A stretch of 64,000 nucleotides of DNA from Bacillota bacterium. GTDB taxonomy: Bacteria; Bacillota; Clostridia; Tissierellales; Peptoniphilaceae. The stretch is from NCBI GenBank assembly GCA_029003555.1, contig JAQYCE010000050.1, positions 10 through 64,009 of the forward strand, read 5' to 3'. The position numbers and the translations under genes were made by a program. Of the stretch, positions 9,763-21,400 are shown piece by piece (position 1 is the stretch's first letter; each line of letters opens with the position of its first letter). The notes under the pieces were generated by a model. It did not search any database, was not told the DNA's origin, and saw nothing but the letters and a program-made list of their open reading frames with translations.

Positions 9763-11604
9763 TTAGGAATCGGCCTCGTCATCGTCGACCACTTCATAGT
9801 CAGCATCGACCACGTCGTCATCATGGCCTGCCTGGCCGGGGTCAGCCTGACCCTGGGGTCCTGCCTGGCCACCCGCCTGCTCATAGAGCTTCTGGGAAAG
9901 CTGGTTAAGCTCAGCCATGAGGTCATCCGACTTGGACTTGATCTCGCCCAAATTGTCCGAATCCTTGACTTCTTTCAAGGCCTGGATCTTATCCTGGACC
10001 TTCTTCTTTTCTTCCTCGCTGACCTTGTCGCCCACTTCGTTGAGGGTGGACTCGGTCTGGTAGATCATGGTCTCCGCCTGGTTTCTGGCTTCCACCACTT
10101 CCTTCCGCTTCTTATCTTCCGCCTCGAACTGCTCGGCTTCCTTGACCCGACGGTTGATCTCGTCCTCGGACAGGTTGGTGGAGGAGGTGATGGTGATCTT
10201 CTGCTCCTTACCGGTCCCCTGGTCCTTGGCGGATACGTTGACGATACCGTTAGCATCAATATCGAAGGTGACTTCGATCTGGGGGATGCCCCGTCTGGCT
10301 GCCGGAATTCCGGTCAGCTGGAAGCGGCCCAAGGTGGTGTTGTCGGTGGCAAATTCACGTTCCCCTTGGAGGACGTGGATGTCCACGGTGGTCTGGTTGT
10401 CCGCAGCGGTGGTGAAGACCTGGCTCTTCTTGGTCGGGATAGTTGTGTTTCTGGGGATGAGGACGGTCATGACCCCACCCAGAGTCTCCAGTCCCAGAGA
10501 CAGGGGGGTAACGTCCAGGAGGAGGAGGTCCTTGACCTCACCGGTCAGGACGCCACCTTGGATGGCTGCACCGATGGCCACGCACTCATCCGGGTTGATG
10601 TCCTTCTGGGGCTCCTTGCCGGTCAGGCGCTTGACGGACTCCTGGACGGCAGGGATCCGGGTGGATCCGCCAACAAGGAGGATCTTGTCCAAGTCGGAAG
10701 CAGAGATACCGGCATCCTTCAGGGCATCCATGACCGGCTGCTCAGTCTTCTTGACCAGGCTGGCGGTCAGTTCATCAAACTTGGCCCTGGTCAGGTCCAT
10801 GTTGAGGTGGACCGGCTGGCCGTTGACGGCCGTGATGAAGGGGAGGTTGATGGTGGTGGTCATGGAGGAGGAGAGCTCCTTCTTGGCCTTTTCCGCCGCA
10901 TCCTTGAGACGCTGGTCGGAAGTCGGATCAGCCAGGAGGTCCACTCCATGTTCCTTCATAAATTCATCGTTGATATACTTCATCAGGACCTGGTCAAAGT
11001 CATCCCCGCCCAGGCGGTTGTTTCCGCGGGTGGCCAGGACTTCAAAGACCCCGTCACCCACTTCCAGGATGGAGACGTCGAAGGTGCCCCCGCCCAAGTC
11101 ATAGACCATGATCTTGGACTGGTTGGTCTCCTTGTCCATCCCATAGGCCAGGGCCGCAGCCGTCGGCTCATTGATGATCCGCTTGACGTCCAGGCCGGCG
11201 ATCCGTCCGGCGTCCTTGGTGGCCTGACGCTGGGCATCGGTGAAATAGGCCGGTACGGTGATAACCGCTTCCTTAACACTCTCACCCAGGTAGGCTTCGG
11301 TATCCGCCTTTAGCTTTTGAAGGATCATGGCCGAAATTTCTTCCGGGGAATAATCTTTATCAATGGAAACCTTCCGGTCCGAACCCATATCCCTCTTAAT
11401 AGAGGCGACGGTCCGGTGGGGGTTCATGATGGCCTGGCGCTTGGCGGTCTCGCCGACCAGGCGCTCGCCCTCTTTCGTGAAGGCCACGATGGAGGGGGTG
11501 GTCCGGTTGCCTTCGGCGTTGGGGATGATGGTGGGTGACCCACCTTCCATAACGGCAACAGCCGAGTTTGTTGTTCCTAAGTCAATACCAATAATCTTGC
11601 TCAT
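9763..11604 (-). CDS. dnaK: Chaperone DnaK
   Basis: '[11 protein letters not shown]', 'DLGGGTFD', '[11 protein letters not shown]'. Confidence 0.98.
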   Translation of the reverse strand: MSKIIGIDLGTTNSAVAVMEGGSPTIIPNAEGNRTTPSIVAFTKEGERLVGETAKRQAIMNPHRTVASIKRDMGSDRKVSIDKDYSPEEISAMILQKLKADTEAYLGESVKEAVITVPAYFTDAQRQATKDAGRIAGLDVKRIINEPTAAALAYGMDKETNQSKIMVYDLGGGTFDVSILEVGDGVFEVLATRGNNRLGGDDFDQVLMKYINDEFMKEHGVDLLADPTSDQRLKDAAEKAKKELSSSMTTTINLPFITAVNGQPVHLNMDLTRAKFDELTASLVKKTEQPVMDALKDAGISASDLDKILLVGGSTRIPAVQESVKRLTGKEPQKDINPDECVAIGAAIQGGVLTGEVKDLLLLDVTPLSLGLETLGGVMTVLIPRNTTIPTKKSQVFTTAADNQTTVDIHVLQGEREFATDNTTLGRFQLTGIPAARRGIPQIEVTFDIDANGIVNVSAKDQGTGKEQKITITSSTNLSEDEINRRVKEAEQFEAEDKKRKEVVEARNQAETMIYQTESTLNEVGDKVSEEEKKKVQDKIQALKEVKDSDNLGEIKSKSDDLMAELNQLSQKLYEQAGGQAGPQGQADPGQAGHDDDVVDADYEVVDDDEADS

Positions 11605-11687
11605 GAGAAAACCTCCTAATGGTTCTTATTTTCCTGATTGCCTCTGTATCTGGACCCCTTTTCAGGGGATTCTTTTCTGCTTTTTCC

Positions 11688-12287
11688 TTACTGGGCCACT
11701 TTGACCATGGCCGGACGGATGAGCCGTCCCTTGAGGGTGTAGCCCTTCCGCATGGTTTCGATCACATGGCCGGAGGGGACCTCTTCGCTTTCCTCCGAAA
11801 GGACTGCATCGTGGAAGTTGGGATCAAAGGCCTCCCCGGTCGGGTCGATGGCTTCCAGCCCCTCTTCCTTCAGGACATCCGTCAGCTGGGCGAAGATGAG
11901 TTCCATCCCTTCGTAGAAGGAATCCTTCTCCTCCCTCTCCGTTTCAAGGGCCCTATGGAAATTGTCCACCACATCCACCAGCTTGAGGATCAGCTTCTCA
12001 TTGGCGTATTTGATGGTGTCCTGGCGGTCCTTTTCCGTCCGTCTCTTGAAGTTTTCGAAGTCAGCCTGGAGCCGGATCAGTCGGGCCCGGTCAGGGGACT
12101 CCTCCGTTTTTTCTTCTTGGACGACCTGGTCTTCCTCCTCATCCACAATCTCCGCTTCAACAACCTCCTCTTCCGGATCCTTCTGTGGACTTTCCTGGTC
12201 CGGGTCGGAATCCTTCCTTTCTTCCTGGCTATCCTCGATCTCAACTTTCTTCTTCAGCTTTTCCGCCTCATTTCTTTTCTTGGTCAT
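11688..12287 (-). CDS. grpE: Nucleotide exchange factor GrpE
   Basis: 'RLQADFENFKRR', 'FDPNFHDAV', 'KGYTLKGRLIRPAMVKV'. Confidence 0.96.
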   Translation of the reverse strand: MTKKRNEAEKLKKKVEIEDSQEERKDSDPDQESPQKDPEEEVVEAEIVDEEEDQVVQEEKTEESPDRARLIRLQADFENFKRRTEKDRQDTIKYANEKLILKLVDVVDNFHRALETEREEKDSFYEGMELIFAQLTDVLKEEGLEAIDPTGEAFDPNFHDAVLSEESEEVPSGHVIETMRKGYTLKGRLIRPAMVKVAQ

Positions 12288-12325
12288 CCCTGCCTCCTTC
12301 ATTCATCTCTTGAAAAATTCTCTAT

Positions 12326-13345
12326 CTATTGTCTTCCTGTAATGGCATTAATATAGCGTCCCATCCGGTAAACATCGCTCATCACCCGTCGGTAGTCCAT
12401 GTCGATGGGGCCGACGACGCCCAGGCGTCCCGTGATGTCCCCCCGTACCCGGTAGGGGACCATGATCAAACTGGCCTCCTTGAGCCAATCCACCGGATTC
12501 TCCTGACCGATGTAAACCCGGATCCCGTCTTGGTCATCCAGGCCGGCCAGGAAGTCCAAAAGGTCCGGATCGTCCTGGAGCTTCCGGATAAAGGCCATGG
12601 CCTTGTCCGGAGCATAATCGTCCAGGGCTAAAAGCTTGAAGAGACCATTGAAGACCAGGTTGGGCTTCATGTGGGCCATCACCCGGTCCCTCACCACCGG
12701 GACCAACTCACTCAGGAGGTTTCCGGCGACATAGGTCCCTGAAAAGGGGCCTGTCTGGAGAAAGGAGGCGATCTCATGCAAGCTCTTTCCCTCCAAGAGG
12801 TTCTGGAAAATCTCCTCGGCCCGGAAGAGCCGGTCCATGGCGTAGGTCCCTTTCAGATGGACCCGGTCGGTCTGGACGAACTTGGAGTGGAAGACCATTA
12901 GAATCAGGATCTCCCGGTCAGACATAGGAAGGAAGCGGATCATGGACAGGCGGTCGTTTCCCCGTCCAGGGGTATAGGTGAAGGCTGCCGTTCCGGTGAT
13001 ATCCGAAAGAAGGTTGAGGGCCGAGTCCAGGACGCTTTGGGGGTCATCGGTCCGGCTCAGCAAGCTCTTGTCCGGAAGCTGGAGGATTTCATCCTGGACC
13101 CATCCCTTTTCCTGTACCTGGTCCACATACCAGCGATAGGCCTTTTGGGAGGGGATCCGACCGGAGGAGACGTGGGTCTTTTCCAAATAACCCAGGACCT
13201 CCAGGTCGCTCATCTCGTTCCGAATCGTAGCGGCGGAAATATCCATATTATAGAGGCGCTTCAAAGTTCTCGACCCCAGGGGCTCCTTGGACTGGAGATA
13301 GGAGGAAAGGATGGCACCCAAAATAAAGTATTTTCTTTCGTTCAT
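12326..13345 (-). CDS. hrcA: Heat-inducible transcription repressor HrcA
   Basis: 'SAATIRNEMSDLE..GYL..HVSSGRIPS', 'GVVGP.DMDY'. Confidence 0.95.
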   Translation of the reverse strand: MNERKYFILGAILSSYLQSKEPLGSRTLKRLYNMDISAATIRNEMSDLEVLGYLEKTHVSSGRIPSQKAYRWYVDQVQEKGWVQDEILQLPDKSLLSRTDDPQSVLDSALNLLSDITGTAAFTYTPGRGNDRLSMIRFLPMSDREILILMVFHSKFVQTDRVHLKGTYAMDRLFRAEEIFQNLLEGKSLHEIASFLQTGPFSGTYVAGNLLSELVPVVRDRVMAHMKPNLVFNGLFKLLALDDYAPDKAMAFIRKLQDDPDLLDFLAGLDDQDGIRVYIGQENPVDWLKEASLIMVPYRVRGDITGRLGVVGPIDMDYRRVMSDVYRMGRYINAITGRQ

Positions 13346-13409
13346 TCGGTCCTTCCTTTCTCTGCTTTTCCGGCCCTTCTTCTCTCAGAGCCAAGTTTTT
13401 TCTTTCTTG

Positions 13410-13436
13410 TTATCACTCTATATCATTGAGTGCTAA
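13410..13436. promoter_or_regulatory. CIRCE operator (HrcA site)
   Basis: TTATCACTC-N9-GAGTGCTAA, one mismatch from consensus TTAGCACTC-N9-GAGTGCTAA, upstream of hrcA. Confidence 0.92.
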
Positions 13437-13440
13437 AAAT

Positions 13441-13469
13441 AGTATAAAGCCTCCCCTCCCCTTTGTCAA
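13441..13469 (-). promoter_or_regulatory. sigma-A promoter of the hrcA operon
   Basis: TTGACA-N17-TATACT immediately upstream of CIRCE. Confidence 0.85.
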
Positions 13470-13477
13470 GCACCGGT

Positions 13478-14674
13478 TCAGGAAAGATGAAAGTCTTCCA
13501 TGAGGTCCATAAGAACCTCATTTTGAAGATCAAGTCCCTCCGGCGTCAGGAAGATGGCCTCCTCTGTCCAATCCACCAATCCAAGGGCTTTTTCCTTTTC
13601 AAAAGTAGACCGAGACCGGTCCAGGGGGTCCACCCCCATCCTTTCCCGGAAGGCGGCCCGGTCAATCCCGGCGACCTTCCTCAGTCCCATCATGAGGCCC
13701 TCGAAGAGGTCGTCGTCCTCTGTCCGGACTTCCTCAGTCCAGGCCGGTCGTCCTTGGTTGATTTCTTTAATATAGGTTCCTACTCCCCCGGTCTTTTTAA
13801 AGCGACGGTGGTCCAGATAAGAGGATGCACCCAGGCCCAGGCCCAAGTAGTCTTGTCCGGTCCAATACTTGAGGTTGTGGAGGGAGACCTGGCCGTCCCG
13901 GGCAAAATTGGAGACCTCATATCGGGCGTAGCCCAGGTCTTCCAGGCCCCGGAAGGCCTTCTCCATCAGGACAAGTTCCCGGTCCGGGGAAAGGGGCTTG
14001 ACCTTCCCCTGGCGGATCCAAAAGTCCAGGAGGGTTTTCTCTTCCAAAATGAGCGAATACCAGGAGATATGGTCAGGTTCCAGAGCCCGGATGGCGGCCA
14101 GGTCCCGGTCAATATGGGTGGTCTCCTGGCCGGGAATCCCATAGATAAAGTCCATGTTGATGGCCAGGTCCCCGCCCCCTCGGCTCCTGACCCGATCCAT
14201 ATCCCGGTAGACCGTCTCCGGTCGGTGGGTTCGCTTACAAAAAGCGAGTAGGCCGGGATCCATGGTCTGGACCCCGAAGGAAATCCGGTTGACCCCAGCT
14301 TGGATGAAGAGGTCCAGCTTCTCATCGGACAGGGTCCCCGGGTTGACCTCCACCGTCCACTCCTTGATATCCAGTGGGAGGCTGTGGAGGGCGGTAAAAA
14401 TTTGATCCAATTGGGGATGGATCAGGGTCGTGGGGGTCCCCCCTCCGATATAGATGGTGTCCACACTCCTTCCCTCAAAAAAACCCTTCTCCCGACTAAA
14501 GACAATGTCCCGGCAAAGGGCATCCACATAGTCCTGGTGGAGGAAGGGAACCTTGGGGAAAGTCAAAAAGTCGCAGTAAGAGCACCTCTCCTCACAAAAG
14601 GGAATGTGAAGGTAGAGGCCCAGGCTCTTTCCTGCGACTTTTTTGTTTTGTCTTCGTTTCTCTTCTTTATTCAT
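13478..14674 (-). CDS. hemW: Radical SAM heme chaperone HemW (HemN-like)
   Basis: '[16 protein letters not shown]', 'GGGTP', 'HNLKYW'; start trimmed to ATG 14674, overlapping the lepA stop. Confidence 0.9.
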   Translation of the reverse strand: MNKEEKRRQNKKVAGKSLGLYLHIPFCEERCSYCDFLTFPKVPFLHQDYVDALCRDIVFSREKGFFEGRSVDTIYIGGGTPTTLIHPQLDQIFTALHSLPLDIKEWTVEVNPGTLSDEKLDLFIQAGVNRISFGVQTMDPGLLAFCKRTHRPETVYRDMDRVRSRGGGDLAINMDFIYGIPGQETTHIDRDLAAIRALEPDHISWYSLILEEKTLLDFWIRQGKVKPLSPDRELVLMEKAFRGLEDLGYARYEVSNFARDGQVSLHNLKYWTGQDYLGLGLGASSYLDHRRFKKTGGVGTYIKEINQGRPAWTEEVRTEDDDLFEGLMMGLRKVAGIDRAAFRERMGVDPLDRSRSTFEKEKALGLVDWTEEAIFLTPEGLDLQNEVLMDLMEDFHLS

Positions 14675-16478
14675 CGTCATCGTACTTGAGAACGGAGAGG
14701 AAGGCTGTCTGGGGGATGGAGACATTCCCGATCTGCCGCATCCGCTTCTTTCCTTCCTTTTGCTTCTCCAATAGCTTCTTCTTCCGGGAAATGTCCCCCC
14801 CATAGCACTTGGAAATGACATCCTTTCGGAGGGCGGATACCGTCTCCCGGGCAATGATCTTTCTGCCAATGGCCGCCTGGATGGGGACGGCAAATTGGTG
14901 GCGGGGGATCTCTTTTTTCAGCCGCTCGCAGATGGACCGGCCCCGTTCATAGGCCTTGTCCCGGTGGACGATCAAGGAAAGGGCATCTACGGGCTTCTCA
15001 TTGACCAGGATGTCCAACTTGACCAGGTCGGAGACCTGGTAGTCCTTGAGGTCGTAGTCCAGGGAGGCATAACCCTTGGTCCGGGACTTGAGGGCATCGA
15101 AGAAGTCATAGATGACCTCGTTCAAGGGGAGCTCATAGTGGATAGTCACCCGGCGCTCGTCCAGGTATTCCATGGTTTTATAGACCCCCCGCTTTTCCTC
15201 GCAGAGCTCCATGATGGCCCCGATATGGTCCTTAGGGGTCATGATGGCGGCATCGACCACCGGCTCCTTGACGTAGCGGATATCCGTGGGATCGGGGAAG
15301 TCGGAAGGGTTCTGGATCTCCACTTCCTTGCCCGAGTTCAGCATGATTTTATAGACCACCGAAGGAGCCGTCACGATCATATCCAAGTCGAACTCCCGGA
15401 TCAGGCGCTCTTCGATAATCTCCATATGGAGCATGCCTAAAAATCCGCAACGGAAGCCGAAGCCCAGGGCCACGGAAGTCTCCTTTTCAAAGGTCAGGGC
15501 GGCATCGTTGACCTGGAGCTTTTCCAGGGCCTCCCGGATGGAGTTGACGGATTCCGACTCGGTGGGGTAGATGCCGGCAAAGACCATGGGCATGACCTTC
15601 TTATAGCCGGGAAGGGCCTGGTCGGCTGGCCGGTCCGCATGGGTCAAGGTATCGCCCACCCGGGCATCCGATACGTTCTTAATGGAGCCCGTGATATAAC
15701 CGACGTCCCCGGTAATCAGGGTCTTGCAGGGGATATGGTCCTCCGTCACATAACCCACCTCATCCACGGAATACTCCTTGCCCGTGGCCATGAGGCGGAT
15801 ACGGTCCCCCGCCTTAATCTGGCCGTCCACAATCCGGACGAAGAGGATGACCCCCCGGTAGGGGTCGTAGACGGAGTCGAAGATGAGGGCCTTGAGGGGG
15901 GCCTCCGGGTCGCCCTGGGGAGCAGGCACCCGGTCGACAATGTATTCCAGGACATCTTCGATGTTGATCCCGTTTTTGGCGGAAATGGCCGGGGCATCGT
16001 CCGCCTCCAGGCCCAGAATGTCTTCCACCTCATGCTTGGCAAAGTCCACATCGGCCCCGGGGAGGTCGATTTTGTTAATGACCGGAAGGATTTCCAGGTC
16101 CTCCTCCAGGGCTAGATAGGTGTTGCCCACCGTTTGGGCTTCCACCCCCTGGGAGGCATCGACAATCAGAAGGGCCCCTTCACAGGCGGCCAGGGAACGG
16201 GAAACCTCATAGTGGAAGTCCACATGGCCCGGGGTATCGATCAGGTTAAGGACATACTCCCGGCCATCCTTGGCCTGGTAAAATAGCTTAACCGCCTTGA
16301 GCTTGATGGTGATCCCGTGCTCCCGCTCCAGGTCCATGGAATCCAGGTGCTGGTCCTTCATGACCCGCTTGGCGATGGCTTCGGTCTTTTCAATGAGCCG
16401 GTCGGCCAAGGTGGATTTCCCATGGTCGATATGGGCGATTATGCAAAAATTTCGAATTTGTTGGCTGGTATAGTTCAT
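14667..16478 (-). CDS. lepA: Elongation factor 4 LepA
   Basis: '[20 protein letters not shown]', '[11 protein letters not shown]', '[18 protein letters not shown]'. Confidence 0.98.
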   Translation of the reverse strand: MNYTSQQIRNFCIIAHIDHGKSTLADRLIEKTEAIAKRVMKDQHLDSMDLEREHGITIKLKAVKLFYQAKDGREYVLNLIDTPGHVDFHYEVSRSLAACEGALLIVDASQGVEAQTVGNTYLALEEDLEILPVINKIDLPGADVDFAKHEVEDILGLEADDAPAISAKNGINIEDVLEYIVDRVPAPQGDPEAPLKALIFDSVYDPYRGVILFVRIVDGQIKAGDRIRLMATGKEYSVDEVGYVTEDHIPCKTLITGDVGYITGSIKNVSDARVGDTLTHADRPADQALPGYKKVMPMVFAGIYPTESESVNSIREALEKLQVNDAALTFEKETSVALGFGFRCGFLGMLHMEIIEERLIREFDLDMIVTAPSVVYKIMLNSGKEVEIQNPSDFPDPTDIRYVKEPVVDAAIMTPKDHIGAIMELCEEKRGVYKTMEYLDERRVTIHYELPLNEVIYDFFDALKSRTKGYASLDYDLKDYQVSDLVKLDILVNEKPVDALSLIVHRDKAYERGRSICERLKKEIPRHQFAVPIQAAIGRKIIARETVSALRKDVISKCYGGDISRKKKLLEKQKEGKKRMRQIGNVSIPQTAFLSVLKYDDDE

Positions 16479-16486
16479 GGTGTCTC

Positions 16487-17029
16487 CTAAAAAGCGCCCA
16501 TGTGGTCGAGAGGGAAGTATCGGAAGATGGCATGGCCCTCCAGGGCCTCCGCTTTGATGGGACCGAAAACCCGGGAATCCTTGGAGGCCCCCCTCTGTCG
16601 GTTATCGCCCAAGACAAAGAGCTCATCCTCTTGGATATACCACTCCTTGGGCCCGGATGTGTAGGTGTAGGCTGTCGAGATGTAGGGCTCATCCAACCTC
16701 TTTCCATTGATATAGACCAGGCCGTCTTCGATCTGGACAAATTCATTGGGAAAGGCGATCACCCTTTTGATGTAGAGTTTATCCTCCCCCGGGGCGTCAA
16801 AAACGACAATATCCCCCCGCTTGAGCCGGTTGATGGAAGTTCCCAGCTTCATCACGAGAAGCCGGTCCCCGCTGTGGAGGGTGTCCGCCATGGAGGATCC
16901 TTCCACCAGGGTGGAGTTCATCACAAATTGGGTGATCAAGAAGGCGACCATCAAGGCTAGGAAGAAGATTTTTAGCCCATCAATCAGGCGAAATTCTTTT
17001 TTTCCCTCTTGTGTTTTTTCATGGGACAT
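16487..17029 (-). CDS. lepB: Signal peptidase I
   Basis: One TM helix, 'GSSM' catalytic Ser, 'YIKRVIA' catalytic Lys, '[12 protein letters not shown]'. Confidence 0.92.
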   Translation of the reverse strand: MSHEKTQEGKKEFRLIDGLKIFFLALMVAFLITQFVMNSTLVEGSSMADTLHSGDRLLVMKLGTSINRLKRGDIVVFDAPGEDKLYIKRVIAFPNEFVQIEDGLVYINGKRLDEPYISTAYTYTSGPKEWYIQEDELFVLGDNRQRGASKDSRVFGPIKAEALEGHAIFRYFPLDHMGAF

Positions 17030-17083
17030 AAGATACCCCCATTGCAAGTTGGAGATTGGTGAATAGTTGAAAGTGGTTCAGAA

Positions 17084-17893
17084 TTAATAAAAGGACCCGA
17101 GGCGGGACAGGGGGAAGATCCGGAAGCGGGCGACTGCCTCAATCTGGTCGGCTTTCACCGGCCCGAAAAGCCGGGAGTCGGATGAGGCACCTTCTTCCCG
17201 GTTGTCCCCCATGACAAAGTACTCATCATCCCGAAGCTGCCAGACGGTTTCCTGGTAGGTCCCCGTTGGAAGGTCGCGGATATAGTATTCCTTAAGCAAC
17301 TTATTGTTGATGAAGACATGGCCATCCTTGATCTCCACCATCTCCCCCGGCATACCGACAATCCGCTTGACATAGAGTTCACCTGCTTCCGAAGGCGAGT
17401 CCATGATAATGATGTCTGCTCGTTGGAACCTGCCGGAATAGGTGGGAATCTTGGAGACCAGGAGGATGTCCCCGGAATGAAGGGTGGTTTCCATGGATTG
17501 ACCCTTGACCGTGGTCGGACCACCGATGAACATCCGGATGACCAGGGCCAGGGCCAGGGCCACCACCAGGGGGAGGATCCAGTCCCGGAGACCAACAAAG
17601 AAGGAAGAGTCTTCCGCTTTTTCTTTCATCTCATAGGCGGGATTCCCCAGGCTTTCCTGTCCTTGGAAATCTTCCTGTTCTCCTCCCGAGAAGATAACTT
17701 CTCGAGCTTGGGCAGGGGCGGCATCCTCCATCTCTCGGTCGAAAGAGTCCTTCCGGTCCTTAAGGGAACCGGCATCCCCGTCTTCAGCCGGCATCTCCTC
17801 CGTATCCCGGTAGACCTCAGCCGGATCGGGGACAGGTCGGAAGGGCTTGGTATCCGCCATATCCCATTCTTTATCTTGATAAAAGTCTTTCAT
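17084..17893 (-). CDS. lepB: Signal peptidase I with long acidic N-terminal extension
   Basis: 'GQSM', 'YVKRIVG', 'GDNR..SSDSRLFG'; about 100 acidic residues precede the TM helix. Confidence 0.9.
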   Translation of the reverse strand: MKDFYQDKEWDMADTKPFRPVPDPAEVYRDTEEMPAEDGDAGSLKDRKDSFDREMEDAAPAQAREVIFSGGEQEDFQGQESLGNPAYEMKEKAEDSSFFVGLRDWILPLVVALALALVIRMFIGGPTTVKGQSMETTLHSGDILLVSKIPTYSGRFQRADIIIMDSPSEAGELYVKRIVGMPGEMVEIKDGHVFINNKLLKEYYIRDLPTGTYQETVWQLRDDEYFVMGDNREEGASSDSRLFGPVKADQIEAVARFRIFPLSRLGSFY

Positions 17894-18026
17894 ATAGACC
17901 CCTTTGCAACTTAACCATCTTCAATAAAAGCGTAGCGAATACATATAGGAAATCCTCCCTACAAGGAGGGCGATTATAGAAATTATATCACAGGTCCGGG
18001 CCGGGGTCCCCGACCGTTACTGAAAT

Positions 18027-18061
18027 AAAAAAAGAGTAACTTCAAAATGAAGTTACTCTTT
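18027..18061 (-). terminator. Intrinsic terminator after rpsT
   Basis: 14-bp stem AAAGAGTAACTTCA/TGAAGTTACTCTTT plus U-tract. Confidence 0.85.
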
Positions 18062-18074
18062 CGTCCGGCTGAAA

Positions 18075-18347
18075 TTATTGAGCGGCAACCGCTTCGTTGA
18101 GCTTTTTCTGAAGTTTGGAAATCCGACGGCTGGCTGCATTTTTCGAAACTCCGCTTGAAAGCGAAGCACGTTTTAACTTCTTGTCAATGACTTTTAGCAG
18201 TTCCTGGGCTTCTGTCGTCTTTTCTTCCTCAAGTACTTGGTCAAACTTCTTGATATAGGTCTTGATTTCGGACCGCTTGCTCTTATTTCTCAGACGATTC
18301 CGCTCAGCAATGGCGATGCGTTTCTTTGCTGACTTGATATTGGCCAT
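18075..18347 (-). CDS. rpsT: 30S ribosomal protein S20
   Basis: 'MANIKSAKKRI..RNKSKRS..KNAASRRISKL'. Confidence 0.97.
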   Translation of the reverse strand: MANIKSAKKRIAIAERNRLRNKSKRSEIKTYIKKFDQVLEEEKTTEAQELLKVIDKKLKRASLSSGVSKNAASRRISKLQKKLNEAVAAQ

Positions 18348-18393
18348 GTGCTTTCACCTCCTTAGCGTGAAATCATAAATTCGATACCAAAAC

Positions 18394-18422
18394 ATTCTAA
18401 CACAGGAAAAGACCCTTTTCAA
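18394..18422 (-). promoter_or_regulatory. sigma-A promoter of rpsT
   Basis: TTGAAA-N17-TAGAAT with TG extended -10. Confidence 0.7.
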
Positions 18423-18492
18423 GGATTTTTTCTAAGTCCGAGTCAGCTTTTGACGTTGACAAGAGGAGATCGTTAAAAACAGCCCAAAAACC

Positions 18493-21400
18493 CTACCTAA
18501 TATCGATTCGGCCCTTTCCACCCAGGACATCCAAGATCTTGACCTTTTTCAGATAGGACAAGCAGGAGTCAGGGAGGACTTCCTTTCGGGTCAAGAGGAT
18601 GGGCCCTTCCTGAGAACCGGCTACCGGCCCAATGACTAGAGCATCGGGGAAACTTTCGCCGGAGGCCAGGAAGGCCCGGCTACTGTCTTTAAAGGCATAG
18701 TCAGCGATCAGCACAGCTGTCTCATAACGGTCGGATCCGGCAAATCGACGGATGATTTTGGGCAGGCTTTTCTCCACTTTAGAAGAAAGAACCTGGTCTC
18801 CACCGACAAGGTAAGACTCATGGATAGACAAGTCCTTAATCGCTTCCTTGATGGATGGGTCAACCCTGTCTCGACGAGAGAGAAGGATGGGGATACCTTC
18901 TTTAGCCGCCAAGGCGGAAGCTGATAAGGCATCCGGCCAGTTCTCACCGGTGGCGATAACCGTCCTGCCTTTGTACCCATACTTTTCAACAACCGCACGG
19001 GCAACCAGGGCGGAAGTTTCATATCGATCCTTACCGGCTATCCGCTGTACATCGAATTTCAAGCTCGCCAGTCCTTCTTCCACCTCTTTGCTAAGGGCCC
19101 TATCTCCCCCAAGCAATATGGTTTTTTTTGCATTGAGCCGCTTCATTTCCTTCGCCACCAGGTCATTCACCCTATCTTCTTGGGTCAGAAGGATGGGGGC
19201 TTGATAGACTCTGGCCAAGCCGGAGGCAACCAGGGCATCAGGATAGTTATTGGAAACGGCCAGGATCACGGTATCCGCTCGGTCATAATAGGTCTGAGAG
19301 ATCTTCACTGCGGTTTCTATCCGGTCTTCCCCGCTGATTCGACGAATCTCCACTCCGGGCAGATGAGCCCGAAGCCCCGCCAGGTCTCCTGGCAGCTTGT
19401 CCGGCTGGTTTGGCCCTGTCCAAGGATGGGAGGGACGGTCGGGAAGGGGTGTGGGCGTAGGATCAGAAGGTGAAGACGGTGAATTTACCTTGATGGGGAG
19501 GGTGAGCTTTTGACTACCGTAAGCATTGGTATATTCAATGGTCACCTCATGATCCGCCTCTGAAAGTGCCTGGTTGAGGGCGGGGGTAAAGGTAAATCCT
19601 TCTTCATTTCCGACATAAGCTAGAGACTCTTCATTTCCGTAGTTGTCGCTTAAAGTGAGGGTCAAACCGGTCGGGTCAAAGGTCTCGCCCGCCATGTATT
19701 CTGTTTTCGGCAGCTTTTCAAGCTTTATAGCCGTCAATTTCCTGGCCGGCTCTTCAATGATAAAGGTCTTTTCCACCTGACCCGTATAATTGATGATTCC
19801 CTCCACAATAAGCTTAGCCGGATCACCGGGTTGGCTATATCTAGTATTGTTTTCATAGGTCAGTTTATAGTCAATCCCCCATCTCAGGGCTTTTCCGTCT
19901 TTATCTTTAACCTTAACCTCCGGTTTCACAGGATGGTCATCATCAACGGGGTAAGCCTCTATCTTCCCTTCCGGACTTAAGCCGACCACTTCCACCTGAA
20001 TACCATTTTTAGGATCTGATAGGTCAATGGTTTGCTTGGGCATCCGGGCACGCAATTCAGCGGCGGACATAAAGCGGTCATTTCCGCTATCCACAAAAGT
20101 ATGAAGGCCAACTAAGCGGACTTGTTTTGCCGTAATCGGAGCAAACTCCGCCAGCTGCCAACCATCATCGTCCTTGTTCCATTTTCCGCTGTCTGCAAAG
20201 GACCCGTCCTCCTGCTTGACCGGAACCGGCTGCCAATCGTCATCATCGGAAGCCTTGTATTCAACCCGGTATTCCGTCACCCGGCCGTTTTGTCCGCCGG
20301 TTTGACGGGGAAGATAGCGAAGGGCATCCAGGCTGGTGGGCTGGTCAAAATTAAAGCCGATCCAACGCTCCTCCAAGGGTGTCTGGGAGACCCCTCTCCA
20401 GTTGGTATGCCAATGGGTTTCCGTTTTTTCATCAATGACATATTCAGGATTTCCCTCATTCGATGTGGGAGGATCAAGTTTACTTCCGGCGATCACCTTG
20501 CCCGCCAGACTTTCGGGTGGGATGTCCCGATCACTATCCTGGGGAGAAGGTGAAAGGCTTGTATTCAAGTGAATCTCAAAGACCGACCGGAGATTATGGT
20601 CCTCTGATTCCGTAATCAGCCGGACCACATCCTGGTAAGGAGGAAGAACGGTTACCGCTGCATTGCCTTTACCCTTAACATTGTCTAACTCCGCCACTAA
20701 AGCGGGAGTCTGGTAGACCTCTTTTTTCAAGGCGGAAGCGCTTAGTTCATCCCCGTTGATGGTCAGGGATTCCAAGCCGGTTGATGAATTGGCGATAAAG
20801 TCCTGGGAAGCCTTTTTGAGTTCAATTTCCGTAATGGCTGTACAGGGCTTGCGATTGCCAAGGTTGACATTTTTGTTGGTCACACAAACTTTGACAAAGG
20901 TGGCTTCATAGGGTGTGGGGAAGCTGTAGGTATAGGGCCTAACTCCGGTATTTCCCGGACCGGGAAGCTCATCCCCTATCGTTTCCTCCGCTTCCACCTT
21001 GACCCAACTTCCTTCCTCCCCGGATGGGGACACATAAATCTCCGTTGTTCCCGGATCAGGATACCTGGCAGACCAATTATCTCTGGAAAAATGCATGACA
21101 ACCTGACCCAAGGCAAAGGAAGTGTCGTAGCGGAAGGTGATTTCAGCGGTGTTGTCGCCATTCTGTGAATCCTCATAATTGGACCACTGGCTGGTATTGG
21201 GCCCACTGGAAACCGGATGGTAGGCCGTACTTCCATCATTGATGGCTGCGAGAGAGTCGGAAGGAATCTTCCCGTCCGTGGTGACCTCGGCCGCTTGAGA
21301 AGAAACACTGTCGCCGATAGAGACGGTTGCCTTCTCCACACGTATCGTGGCCGTAACGTCGAGTTTTTGCCCCAAGACCTCAGCACTTCCGGGAATGGTG

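Noticed and set aside
9520-11313. 597-aa ORF antisense to dnaK
   Set aside because: Well-known shadow ORF opposite dnaK caused by codon bias in GC-rich genomes; no RBS or independent motif.
14675-14893. N-terminal extensions in the ORF track (hemW, also mglA, fruK, pyrC, pyrD, pyrE, the ABC subunit and the YprB-like gene)
   Set aside because: They overlap upstream genes or terminators; downstream starts match the family N-termini and mostly have an RBS or translational coupling.
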